This document shows, in pieces, positions 31,777 to 41,744 of a stretch of DNA of 64,000 bases (within the stretch, counting starts at the first letter, position 1; the number at the start of each line of letters is the position of its first letter). This DNA is from Candidatus Latescibacterota bacterium (GTDB taxonomy: Bacteria; Latescibacterota; UBA2968; GCA-2709665). The stretch covers positions 128,001 through 192,000 of the forward strand of contig OZ220733.1 in the NCBI GenBank assembly GCA_965116875.1. Direction: 5' to 3'. Under the pieces are notes generated by a model that was not told the DNA's origin, ran no database searches, and saw nothing but the letters and a program-made list of their open reading frames with translations. The position numbers were made by a program, and so were the translations under genes.

Positions 31777-31966
31777 CCCTAATTCGAAAAAACTGCAACC
31801 GGGCGTCGTGATAAAACCCACAGAAACGGGGTGATGACGTCGTCCGGACGGACATTTTTTCCGTTCACGTACAGTGACCTGGTGTATCCTGGTAATCCGC
31901 CGTCTAATCGCCTTTATTAACTTGCACATATTCGAATTAACATTCACGAAAAATTGCGAATCAAGG
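31777..31966. mobile_element. 190-bp MITE-like insertion with TTAA target duplication
   Basis: TTAA at 31773-31776 and 31967-31970; imperfect inverted ends CCCTAATTCGAAA / CCTTGATTCGCAA; the paralogous spacer has a single TTAA at 41687-41690. Confidence 0.7.
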
Positions 31967-32024
31967 TTAAATCCTGGTTCATCCCTCGTAATCAAAGTCA
32001 ATCATCGTCAGGGAGGGTATTCAG

Positions 32025-34199
32025 ATGAAAAGGTCAACGATTTTCGGGGTCACTCTTGTTTTGACCACTGTCCTGTTTTCACACGACAGCCTCGCACAGG
32101 ATCATACACGCCTGGGACTGCCCCAGGGGGCCCTCATGCGCCCGGGCAAAGGAGAGTCACGCCTGTTGGCCTGGTCGCGGGACGGCAAGCGACTGGCGGT
32201 TGGGGGTACGATTGGCATCTGGGTCTACGATACCGAAACCGGGGACGAGGTTTCGCTGCTCGCGGGTCATAGATCCGGAGTGGTATCGATGGTGTTTTCG
32301 CCGGATGGGACGACGCTGGCAAGCGCCAGTGGCGACTATACGGTGCGGTTGTGGGACGTGGCCACGTGGCAGGAAAGAGGCACCTTGACAGGGCATACCC
32401 ATCGGGTCACGTCGGTCGTGTTTTCGCCGGACGGGACGATGCTCGCAAGTACCGGAAATGACCGAACGCTACGGCTGTGGGACGTGGCCGCGGGGCAGGA
32501 AATAAGCACCCTCACTGGACATACGTCCTGGGTCACTTCGGTGGTGTTTTCGCCGGATGGGACCACGCTGGCAAGCGGCAGCCGGGACGAAACGGTGCGG
32601 TTATGGGACGCGGCCACTGGGCGCTACAAAAACACCCTCACAGGACACACGTCGTCGGTCACGTCCGTGGTGTTTTCGCCGGATGGAAAGACGCTGGCCA
32701 GCACCAGTAGCGAACGTACGGTGCGACTGTGGGACCTGGCCACGGGGCAGGAAAAAGGCTCCGTGAAAGAACAAAACTGGTGGCCCGGATCGGTGGCGTT
32801 TTCGCCGGACGGGAAGACCATGGCGAGCGGCGGTTACGACAATACGGTGCGATTGTGGGACGTGTCCACAGGTCAAGTCAATCACACGCTCACAGGACAT
32901 ACGGCGACAGTCAGGTCGGTGGTGTTTTCTCAGGATGGGATGACCCTGGCCAGCGGCAGTTCGGACAATACGGTGCGGTTGTGGGACGTGGCCACAAAAA
33001 AGGAAAAAACCACCCTGACGGGACATTCGGGGACGATCAGGACGATAGCGTTTTCACCGGACGGGACAACGCTCGCAAGTGCCAGTTGGGATCATACGGC
33101 GCGGTTGTGGGACGTGGCCACGGGTCAGGAAAAGAAGACCCTGGCTGGACATTCCGGTGACGCCAGGTCGTTAGCGTTTTCGCCGGACGGGACATCGCTC
33201 GCAAGTGCCAGTGATCGTACGGTGCGGTTGTGGGATGTAGCCACGTGGCGGGTAAAACGCGCTTTCACAGGACATACCCGTGATGTCAGTTCGGTAGCGT
33301 TTTCGCCGGATGGGAACACGCTGGCAAGCGGCAGCTGGGACGGAACTGTGCGGTTGTGGGACGCGGCCACAGGGCAGGCAAGACACACCCTCACAGGACA
33401 TACCCGAGGAGTCGAGTCGGTCGCGTTTTCCCCGAACGGGTCGATGCTCGCAAGCGGCGACGGCGGGATTGGTACGGTGCGGTTGTGGGACGTGGCCTCA
33501 GGTCAGGAAAAAAGCGCCTTGTCACCACATTTCGGTACGGTCTATTCGGTAGCGTTTTCGCCGGATGGAAAAACGTTGGCAAGCGGCAGTTCGGACAATT
33601 CAGTGCGGCTGTGGGATGTCGCCTCGGGGCAGGTGGAAAACACCTTTACAGGACATACACTACATGTCCTTTCTGTCGAGTTCTCGCCGGACGGGACGAC
33701 GCTGGCGAGTGCCGGTAAAGACAATACGGTGCGATTGTGGGACGTGGTATCAGGGCAACAAGAGTTCACCCTCGCGGGACATACGGAATGGGTCTTTTCG
33801 GTGGCGTTTTCACCGGATGGAAGCACGCTGGCCAGCAGCAGCTGGGACGGTACAGTGCGGTTGTGGAACGCGGCCACGGAGCATGAAGAAGCCACCTTCA
33901 CGGCGCATACGTATTGGGTCCCGACGGTGGCGTTTTTTCCGGATGGACGCACGCTGGCCAGCGGGGGCAGCGCGATCTTATTGTGGGATGTGTCGCCGTA
34001 TGTCGCGCCTCAATCCCTTGTTGCCGACTTCGACGGCGACGGGACCGTGGGCTTCCCCGACTTCCTGCAGTTCGCGTCGCAGTTCGGTCAGAGCCGGGAC
34101 GACGCCGGATTCGACGCGCGTTTCGATCTGGACGGCGACGGCGAGGTCGGGTTCAACGACTTCGTGATCTTTGCGCGCAGCTTTGGCCGGGGGACATGA
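32025..34199 (+). CDS. Secreted WD40 protein W7 (15 repeats) + EF-hand/dockerin-like module (type B tail)
   Basis: GGGAGG RBS, signal peptide, WD40 repeats, GFPD/GFND tail. Confidence 0.92.
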   Translation: MKRSTIFGVTLVLTTVLFSHDSLAQDHTRLGLPQGALMRPGKGESRLLAWSRDGKRLAVGGTIGIWVYDTETGDEVSLLAGHRSGVVSMVFSPDGTTLASASGDYTVRLWDVATWQERGTLTGHTHRVTSVVFSPDGTMLASTGNDRTLRLWDVAAGQEISTLTGHTSWVTSVVFSPDGTTLASGSRDETVRLWDAATGRYKNTLTGHTSSVTSVVFSPDGKTLASTSSERTVRLWDLATGQEKGSVKEQNWWPGSVAFSPDGKTMASGGYDNTVRLWDVSTGQVNHTLTGHTATVRSVVFSQDGMTLASGSSDNTVRLWDVATKKEKTTLTGHSGTIRTIAFSPDGTTLASASWDHTARLWDVATGQEKKTLAGHSGDARSLAFSPDGTSLASASDRTVRLWDVATWRVKRAFTGHTRDVSSVAFSPDGNTLASGSWDGTVRLWDAATGQARHTLTGHTRGVESVAFSPNGSMLASGDGGIGTVRLWDVASGQEKSALSPHFGTVYSVAFSPDGKTLASGSSDNSVRLWDVASGQVENTFTGHTLHVLSVEFSPDGTTLASAGKDNTVRLWDVVSGQQEFTLAGHTEWVFSVAFSPDGSTLASSSWDGTVRLWNAATEHEEATFTAHTYWVPTVAFFPDGRTLASGGSAILLWDVSPYVAPQSLVADFDGDGTVGFPDFLQFASQFGQSRDDAGFDARFDLDGDGEVGFNDFVIFARSFGRGT

Positions 34200-34556
34200 T
34201 GCGAACACGCCTTGTCAGATTGGTCCGCATCGGGCGATCGGATATGCAACCGGGCTGAAGCGGTCGCGGTTATGTCCATGATCTGAAAGGAGGTGACTTC
34301 GGAACCCACGTTGAGAAGAGTCAGGCCGCGGTATGTTAACGTGACAAGCTATGGATCGGGGCAGGTGTCGAAATGACACGACGTGCAAAGGGAGCGGACG
34401 CACGTTGCGGTCGATCATTGCGCACAACGTCTCTCCATATCTGAATCACTCGCTACAGGGTAATAGAATTGCCACATCAGTCGCAGATTTTCCATGCGGC
34501 TTAAATGAAGTCGATCCGAACAAACCCAGTTTGAGATTGTCCGGGAGGATTTACAA

Positions 34557-36632
34557 TTGAAAAGGTCACAGGTATTGAGTCTCATTCTTATTACCACGGC
34601 TGTAATGATCGCCCAGAACAGCAGCGCGCAGGATTACGTTCGCTGGAATCTGCCCCAAGGGGCACTCATGCGTCTGGGTAAAGGAAACGTGCTAGACGTG
34701 GCCTGGTCGCCGGACCGCACGCTCATGGCCGTGGGCACCAGCCCTGGCATCTGGCTCTACGATGCCGAAACCGGGACGGAGATTTCCCTGATCACCGGAC
34801 ATTCGTTCAGGGTCAATGCGGTTGCGTTTTCTCCAGATGGTCTGACGCTGGCAAGTGGCAGTCGGGACAATACGGTGCGGTTGTGGGACGTGGCCACCGG
34901 AGATGAAAGGAGCATCCTCACGGGACATACCTACAATGTCGAGGCGGTAGCATTCTCGCCGGATGGGACGACGTTGGCAAGTGGCAGTCGAGACGGCACG
35001 GTGCGGGTGTGGGACGTGGAGACGGGGCAGGAAAAATACACCCTCCTGAACGAAAAGTACCGGGAGTTGCGGAACAGGCCCTGGGTCTATTCGGTCGCGT
35101 TTTCACCGGACGGTCTGACGCTGGCAAGCGCCAATCGGGACACGACGGTGCGGGTGTGGGACGTGCATACAGGGCAAGAAAAACACACGCTCACCGGACA
35201 TACGAATAGACCCATTTCGGTAGCGTTTTCGCCGGATGGAACGACGCTGGCAAGCGCCGGTCGGGACAGTACCGTGCGGTTGTGGGACGTGGAAACGGGA
35301 CAGGAAGAGAGAACCCTGAAAGGACATACCCATGTGGTGTATGCGGTGGTGTATTCGCCCGATGGATCGGAACTTGCAAGCGGCAGTCAGGACCGGACGG
35401 TCAGGTTGTGGGACGCGGCCACAGGGCAGGAGAAACACACCCTCACAGGACTTACGTCCACCGTACTGTCGGTTGTTTATTCACAGGATGGGATGACGCT
35501 GTCAACCCGCAGTTTCGACAATACGGTCCGGGCGTGGGATGTTGAAACCCAGCAGGAAACAAACACCCTCACCCTTACAGGGCATACCCAATCTGTAAAT
35601 TCTGTAGCGTTTTCGCCGAATGGGACAACCCTGGCAAGCAGCGGGAACGACCCAGGCATCCGGTTGTGGGACCCGGCTACAGGGCAGGTAAAAAGCACTT
35701 TCGCAGGAAATGGGTCGGTGGCGTTCTCGCCGGATGGGATCACGTTGGCAACCGGCGGCGGTCGGGACGGGCCGATGCGTTTGTGGGATGCGGCCACGGG
35801 GCAGGAGAAACACACCCTCTCCGGGCATACGTCGTTTGTCGAGTCGGTGGCGTTCTCGCCGGACGGGACCACACTTGCAAGTGCGGGCGGTCGGGACGAA
35901 ACGGTGCGGTTGTGGGACGTTGACGCAGGCCAGGAGAAACATACCCTCACTGGACATACGGAGACTGTCTCGTGGGTGGCGTTTTCGCCGGATGGATCGA
36001 CGCTTGCAAGCGCCAGCTACGACAATACGGTGCGGCTGTGGGATCCGGCAACCGGACAGGAGAAAAACATCCTCACAGGACATACCCATGGGCTCCATTC
36101 GGTCGTTTTTTCGCCGGATGGGCAGACACTGGCAAGCTCCGATTCCCGGGGTACGGTACGGTTGTGGGATGCGGCCACGGGGCACGAGAAAAACACCTTC
36201 TCGGCACAGGGAGAGAATTTCTTTTCCATTGCGTTCTCGCCGGATGGGACCACGCTGGCAACCAGCAGTCCGTACAGGGCGGTATGGCTGTGGGACGTGG
36301 CAACCGGACAGAATATACGCGCCCTCAGAGGACATACAGCTCCGATCTGGACGGTAGAGTTTTCACCGGACCGTAGAACGCTGGCAAGCGCCAGTTACGA
36401 CGGTACGATTCTGCTGTGGGACGTCTCGTCACGTGACGCGCTGCAACCCCTTGCCGCCGACTTCGACGGCGACGGGACCGTGGGCTTTTCCGACTTTCTG
36501 CAATTCGCCGCGAGTTTCGGGCTGAGTTGGGGAGATGCGGGATATGACGCGCGCTTCGATCTCGACGGCAACGGTGAGGTCGGGTCCCGCGATTTGTGGA
36601 TCTTCCAGAAAAGCTTCGGCCGGGGTTCATGA
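34557..36632 (+). CDS. Secreted WD40 protein W8 + EF-hand/dockerin-like module
   Basis: GGGAGG RBS, TTG start, signal peptide; closest to W3. Confidence 0.9.
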   Translation: MKRSQVLSLILITTAVMIAQNSSAQDYVRWNLPQGALMRLGKGNVLDVAWSPDRTLMAVGTSPGIWLYDAETGTEISLITGHSFRVNAVAFSPDGLTLASGSRDNTVRLWDVATGDERSILTGHTYNVEAVAFSPDGTTLASGSRDGTVRVWDVETGQEKYTLLNEKYRELRNRPWVYSVAFSPDGLTLASANRDTTVRVWDVHTGQEKHTLTGHTNRPISVAFSPDGTTLASAGRDSTVRLWDVETGQEERTLKGHTHVVYAVVYSPDGSELASGSQDRTVRLWDAATGQEKHTLTGLTSTVLSVVYSQDGMTLSTRSFDNTVRAWDVETQQETNTLTLTGHTQSVNSVAFSPNGTTLASSGNDPGIRLWDPATGQVKSTFAGNGSVAFSPDGITLATGGGRDGPMRLWDAATGQEKHTLSGHTSFVESVAFSPDGTTLASAGGRDETVRLWDVDAGQEKHTLTGHTETVSWVAFSPDGSTLASASYDNTVRLWDPATGQEKNILTGHTHGLHSVVFSPDGQTLASSDSRGTVRLWDAATGHEKNTFSAQGENFFSIAFSPDGTTLATSSPYRAVWLWDVATGQNIRALRGHTAPIWTVEFSPDRRTLASASYDGTILLWDVSSRDALQPLAADFDGDGTVGFSDFLQFAASFGLSWGDAGYDARFDLDGNGEVGSRDLWIFQKSFGRGS

Positions 36633-36911
36633 AGCGAACAAACGGTGTCAAAAGCAAGTCGAGCCAGGTTTGCATTAAGGCAGGGAACCCACCCCCGTCA
36701 GGCGAGTTCCCGGCCTGAAAACTGAAGCCTTGGCAGACCTCTGTTTTGCCTTTCCATCGATCACTCAATCTGGCCACGTCTGGGAAGGGGGTAATTTCGG
36801 AACCCGCGTCGAGAAGAGTCAGTCCGTCGAACGTCTGCTTTAACGCGATGATCGCCGTCACAAGGGGTTATGCCGACCACGGATCGGATCGCGTTCTGAA
36901 AGGAGGTGATA

Positions 36912-37010
36912 TTGGATTCCACGTCGCTAAATCTCTCGCCTTTGTACGACTATGTGAGAATCCAAGGCATTGAAGTTGCCACATCAGTCACAGATTCTCC
37001 ATGCGGCTAA
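36912..37010 (+). other. Candidate 32-aa small ORF after GAAAGGAGGTGAT motif
   Basis: TTG start; MDSTSLNLSPLYDYVRIQGIEVATSVTDSPCG*. Confidence 0.3.
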
Positions 37011-37063
37011 ATTGAAGTCAATCCGAACAAACCCAGTTCGTGATTATCAAGGAGGATTTACAA

Positions 37064-39148
37064 ATGAAAGGGTCAACGACTTTAATCACCCTCCTTCTGT
37101 TGACGGCCGTCTTGATCGCCCAGGACAGCAGCGCACAGGATTACACTCGCTGGAGTTTGCCCGAAGGGGCCCTCATGCGGTTGGGAAAAGGCTCCGTGCG
37201 TGACGTGGCCTGGTCGCCGGACCGGACGCTCCTGGCCGTGGGGGGCACCGCTGGAATCTGGCTCTACGATGCCCAAACCGGCGCGGAGATTTCCTTGATC
37301 ACAGGACATTCGTTCAGGGTCAATGCAGTTGCGTTTTCACCCGATGGTCTGACGCTGGCAAGTGGCAGTCGGGACGATACGGCGCGGTTGTGGGACGTGG
37401 AAACCGGAGAGGAAAAAGGCATCCTCACGGGACACTACTACGACGTCGAGGCAGTGGCATTCTCGCCGGATGGAACGACGCTGGCAAGCGGGAGTCGCGA
37501 CGGTACAGTGCGGGTGTGGGACGTGGCCACAGGCCAGGAAAGAAATATGCTCTTAAGTGAAAAGTACACGGAAAGGTGGCAGGCGCCCGCGGTTGTGTCG
37601 GTGGCATTCTCGCCAGATGGGAGGACGGTGGCAAGCGCCGCTGCTGACACTACGGTACGGGTGTGGGACGTGGAAGCCGGGGACGAAAAACACACCCTCA
37701 CAGGACATACGAACAGGATCTATTCGGTGGTGTTTTCGCCCGACGGAACGACCCTTGCAAGCGCCAGTCGGGACAGTACCGTGCGGTTGTGGGACGTGGA
37801 AACGGGGCAGGAAAAGACCACTCTCGCAGGACATACAAGCAGGGTCTATTCGGTCGTGTTTTCTCCCGATGGTCTGACGCTGGCAAGCGGCAGTTACGAC
37901 CATACGGTGCGGTTGTGGGACGCGGCCACAGGACAGGAAAAAGGTACCCTCACAGGACATACGTCCACTGTCCTGTCGGTTGCGTATTCGCCCGATGGTC
38001 TGACACTGGCAAGCCGCAGTTTCGACAATACGGTGCGGAAGTGGGACGTGGAAACCGTGCAGGAAAAAAGCACTTTCACCCTCAGAGGACATACCCGCCG
38101 TGTCGATTCGGTGGCGTTTTCGCCGGATGGGCGGACCCTGGCCAGCGGCCATTACGACAGTAAGGTACGGTTGTGGGACGCGGAAACCGGGCAGGAAAAA
38201 AGCACCTTGGCAGGACATACGCGCGGGGTCGCGTCGGTGGCGTTTTCGCCGGATGGTCAGACCCTGGCAAGTGGCAGTTTCGACAGTACGGTGCGGCTGT
38301 GGGACGTGACCACGGGGCACGAGGAACACACGCTTACAGGACATAATGGCACTGTAAGGGCGGTTGCGCTCACGCCAGATGGGAGGACGGTGGCGAGCGG
38401 CGGTCGGGACGAAACCGTGCGATTGTGGGACGTGACCACCGGGCACGAGAAATATACCCTCGCAGGACATACCGATGATGCCACTTCGGTGGCGTTTTCG
38501 CCAGATGGGTCGACCCTGGCAAGCGGCAGTTACGACAATACAGTGCAATTGTGGGATCCGGAAACCGGGCAACAAAAGGACACCCTCATTGGACATACCC
38601 GTGCAATTCATGGAGTGGCGTTTTCGCCCGATGGGATGACGATTGCAAGCGCCGGTAATGACGCCGCGGTGCGATTGTGGGACGCGGCCACAGGGCAGGA
38701 GAAAAACACCCTCGCAGCAGCAAGTGCCGAGAACTTCTGGTCGGTGGCGTATTCACCACATGGGACAACGCTGGTATGCGGAAGTCCGTACAAGGCAATT
38801 TGGTTGTGGGACGTGGTCACTGGACAGGATATACGCGCCCTCATAGGACACACCGATCCAGTGCGGACGGTCGTGTATTCGCCGGATGGGATGATGCTGG
38901 CAAGCGCCAGTTACGACGGTACGATTCTGCTGTGGGACGTCTCGTCACGTGACGCGCTGCAACCCCTCGCCGCGGACTTCGACGGCGACGGGACCGTGGG
39001 CTTTTCCGACTTTCTGCAATTCGCCGAAAAGTATGGTCTGAGCTGGGGAGATGCGGGATACGACACGCGCTTCGATCTGGACGGCGACGGTGAGGTCGGT
39101 TCCGCCGATTTGTGGATTTTTCAGAAGAGCTTCGGCAGGGGTAGCTGA
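37064..39148 (+). CDS. Secreted WD40 protein W9 + EF-hand/dockerin-like module
   Basis: AGGAGG RBS before ATG 37064; signal peptide as in W4, body and tail of type A. Confidence 0.92.
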   Translation: MKGSTTLITLLLLTAVLIAQDSSAQDYTRWSLPEGALMRLGKGSVRDVAWSPDRTLLAVGGTAGIWLYDAQTGAEISLITGHSFRVNAVAFSPDGLTLASGSRDDTARLWDVETGEEKGILTGHYYDVEAVAFSPDGTTLASGSRDGTVRVWDVATGQERNMLLSEKYTERWQAPAVVSVAFSPDGRTVASAAADTTVRVWDVEAGDEKHTLTGHTNRIYSVVFSPDGTTLASASRDSTVRLWDVETGQEKTTLAGHTSRVYSVVFSPDGLTLASGSYDHTVRLWDAATGQEKGTLTGHTSTVLSVAYSPDGLTLASRSFDNTVRKWDVETVQEKSTFTLRGHTRRVDSVAFSPDGRTLASGHYDSKVRLWDAETGQEKSTLAGHTRGVASVAFSPDGQTLASGSFDSTVRLWDVTTGHEEHTLTGHNGTVRAVALTPDGRTVASGGRDETVRLWDVTTGHEKYTLAGHTDDATSVAFSPDGSTLASGSYDNTVQLWDPETGQQKDTLIGHTRAIHGVAFSPDGMTIASAGNDAAVRLWDAATGQEKNTLAAASAENFWSVAYSPHGTTLVCGSPYKAIWLWDVVTGQDIRALIGHTDPVRTVVYSPDGMMLASASYDGTILLWDVSSRDALQPLAADFDGDGTVGFSDFLQFAEKYGLSWGDAGYDTRFDLDGDGEVGSADLWIFQKSFGRGS

Positions 39149-39492
39149 CGGGAACACGCCGTGACCGAACGAGGCGGCTCCAGGTCTGCATGATTGCCGG
39201 GAACCCACCGTTCGTGAAGGGTCCCAACTCGCCAGTGGTACCATGGCGGATATCTGTATTGACATTCTATCGATCTCCTAATATGACGGCGTCTGAGAAG
39301 GAGGTGATAACAGGAATCCACATCGCGAAAAGTCAGGCCGCTGTATGTTTACGTGAGAGGCAATGGATCGGGACAGGTGCTGAAATAACACGTTGCACTG
39401 GGTGAGCGGGAGGGCAATGCCGCCTTGCGACGTCTACAAGGTCTCTCGATGCGGTTTAATCAGAGTTAATCATAGTAAGGGAGGGCATTCAG

Positions 39493-41580
39493 ATGAAAAA
39501 GCTCGCGATTTTGAGCCTCATTCTTGTTTCGACGATTGTCTTGCCGGCACAGAACAGCAACGCGCAGGATTACCTTCGTTGGCGCTTGCCAGAAGGCGCA
39601 CGCATGCGTCTGGGCAAGGGAAACGTACTTGACGTGGCCTGGTCGCCGGACCGCACGCGCCTGGCCACGGGGGGCACCGCCGGCATCTGGCTCTACGATG
39701 CCCACGCCGGCACGGAGATTTCCCTGATCACCGGCCATGCGTTCAGGGTGAATGCGGTTGCGTTTTCACCCGATGGTCTGACGCTGGCAAGTGGCAGTCG
39801 CGACGATACCGTGCGGTTGTGGGACGTGGAAACGGGACAGGAAAAAAGCATCCTCACGGGTCACAGGTACGACGTCGAGGCGGTGGCATTCTCGCCGGAT
39901 GGGACGACCCTGGCAAGCGGCAGTCGCGATGGCACGGTGCGAGTGTGGGACGTGGAAACCGGGCAGGAACATCACAGGCTAATCAACGAAAAGTACACGG
40001 ATAGGTTTAGTAACCCCTGGGTCGTGTCGGTGGCGTTTTCGCCGGATGGAGCGACGCTGGCCAGCGCCAGCCGGGACAGTACCGTACGGGTGTGGGACGT
40101 GGCCACCGGGGAGGAAAAGCACACGCTCACGGGACATACACATGGGGTCTGGTCGGTGGCATTTTCGCCGGACGGAATGACGTTGGCCAGTGGAAGTCGG
40201 GACAACACGGTGCGGTTGTGGGACGTGGAAACGGGACAGAAAAAGTTCACCATGGACGGGCATACCCATTGGGTGTATTCGGTCGTGTTTTCGCCCGATG
40301 GATCGACGCTGGCCAGCGCCAGTCGGGACAGTACCGTGCGGGTGTGGGACGTGGAAACCGGACAGGAGAAACACACACTCACAGGGCATGAGTCCAGAGT
40401 CCAGTCGGTTGCGTATTCGCAGGACGGGATGACCCTGGCGAGCCGCGGTGTCGACAATACGGTGCGACAGTGGGACGTGGGAACCGGGCTGGAGAAGGGC
40501 ACCCTCAGACTTACAGGGCATACCTCCGCCGTCGGTTCGGTTGCATATTCGCCGGACGGAACGATACTGGCAAGCGGCGGTAGCGACCGCATGGTCCGGT
40601 TGTGGGACGCGTCCACAGGGCAGGAATTGAACACCCTCACAGGACATACGCGGTTTGTCAATTCGGTGGCGTTTTCGCCGGATGGGTTGACGCTGGCAAG
40701 CGCTGGCAGCTATCGGGACGATACGGTGCGGTTGTGGGATGCGGCCACCGGGCACGAGAAAAACACCCTCATAGGACATACGGGCAGTGTCGAGTCGGTG
40801 GCGTTCTCGCCGGATGGCAAGACGCTGGCAAGCGCCGGCGGCTATCGGGACAGTACGGTGCGGGTGTGGGACGCGTCCACAGGGCAGGATATACGCACCC
40901 TCACAGCACATACCGGAAGGGTCGAGTCGGTGGTTTTTTCGCCGGACGGGTTGACGCTCGCAAGCGCCGGAAACGACTCTACGGTGCGGTTGTGGGATGT
41001 GGCCACAGGGAACGAGAAACACACCCTCACAGCAACTACCTATAGGATCCATGAGGTGGTGTTTTCGCCGGATGGGACGACGCTGGCAAGCGCAGGTATT
41101 GACGGTACGGTTCAGTTTTGGGACGTGAACACAGGGCAGGACATACGCACCCTCACTGGCGATAATTTCCGTTCGTTGGCGTATTCGCCGGATGGGATGA
41201 CGCTGGCAACCGGCAGTGCGCACAAGGCGGTATGGCTGTGGGACGTGGCCACAGGGCAGAATGTACGCGCCCTCACGGGACATACCGATCCGATCAATTC
41301 GGTGGTGTTCTCTCCGGATGGGAGAACGCTTGCAAGCGCCGGTTACGACGGTACGATCCTGCTATGGGACGTCTCGTCACGTGACGCGCTGCAACCCCTC
41401 GCCGCCGACTTCGATGGTGACGGAACCGTGGGCTTTACCGACTTTCTGCAATTTGCCGCGAAGTACGGGCTGCGCTGGGGAGATGCGGGATATGACGCGC
41501 GTTTCGACCTTGACGGCGATGGGGAGGTCGGGTCCTGGGATTGGAGGATCTTCGGCCAAAGCTTCGGCCGGGGTAACTGA
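39493..41580 (+). CDS. Secreted WD40 protein W10 + EF-hand/dockerin-like module
   Basis: GGGAGG RBS, signal peptide; mostly W6-like with a W2-like segment. Confidence 0.92.
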   Translation: MKKLAILSLILVSTIVLPAQNSNAQDYLRWRLPEGARMRLGKGNVLDVAWSPDRTRLATGGTAGIWLYDAHAGTEISLITGHAFRVNAVAFSPDGLTLASGSRDDTVRLWDVETGQEKSILTGHRYDVEAVAFSPDGTTLASGSRDGTVRVWDVETGQEHHRLINEKYTDRFSNPWVVSVAFSPDGATLASASRDSTVRVWDVATGEEKHTLTGHTHGVWSVAFSPDGMTLASGSRDNTVRLWDVETGQKKFTMDGHTHWVYSVVFSPDGSTLASASRDSTVRVWDVETGQEKHTLTGHESRVQSVAYSQDGMTLASRGVDNTVRQWDVGTGLEKGTLRLTGHTSAVGSVAYSPDGTILASGGSDRMVRLWDASTGQELNTLTGHTRFVNSVAFSPDGLTLASAGSYRDDTVRLWDAATGHEKNTLIGHTGSVESVAFSPDGKTLASAGGYRDSTVRVWDASTGQDIRTLTAHTGRVESVVFSPDGLTLASAGNDSTVRLWDVATGNEKHTLTATTYRIHEVVFSPDGTTLASAGIDGTVQFWDVNTGQDIRTLTGDNFRSLAYSPDGMTLATGSAHKAVWLWDVATGQNVRALTGHTDPINSVVFSPDGRTLASAGYDGTILLWDVSSRDALQPLAADFDGDGTVGFTDFLQFAAKYGLRWGDAGYDARFDLDGDGEVGSWDWRIFGQSFGRGN

Positions 41581-41744
41581 TGGCAACACGCCGTGTCGGT
41601 GTCCGGTTGCTCCAACTTTCTCCACGAATCCATCGCTCGGTGCAGGTCGTCGACATACTGGAATCAATCACTGTCTTTTCGTGCCATTAAATCCTGGTTC
41701 ATCCCTCGTAGTCAAAGTTTATCATAGTCAGGGAGGGCATTCAG

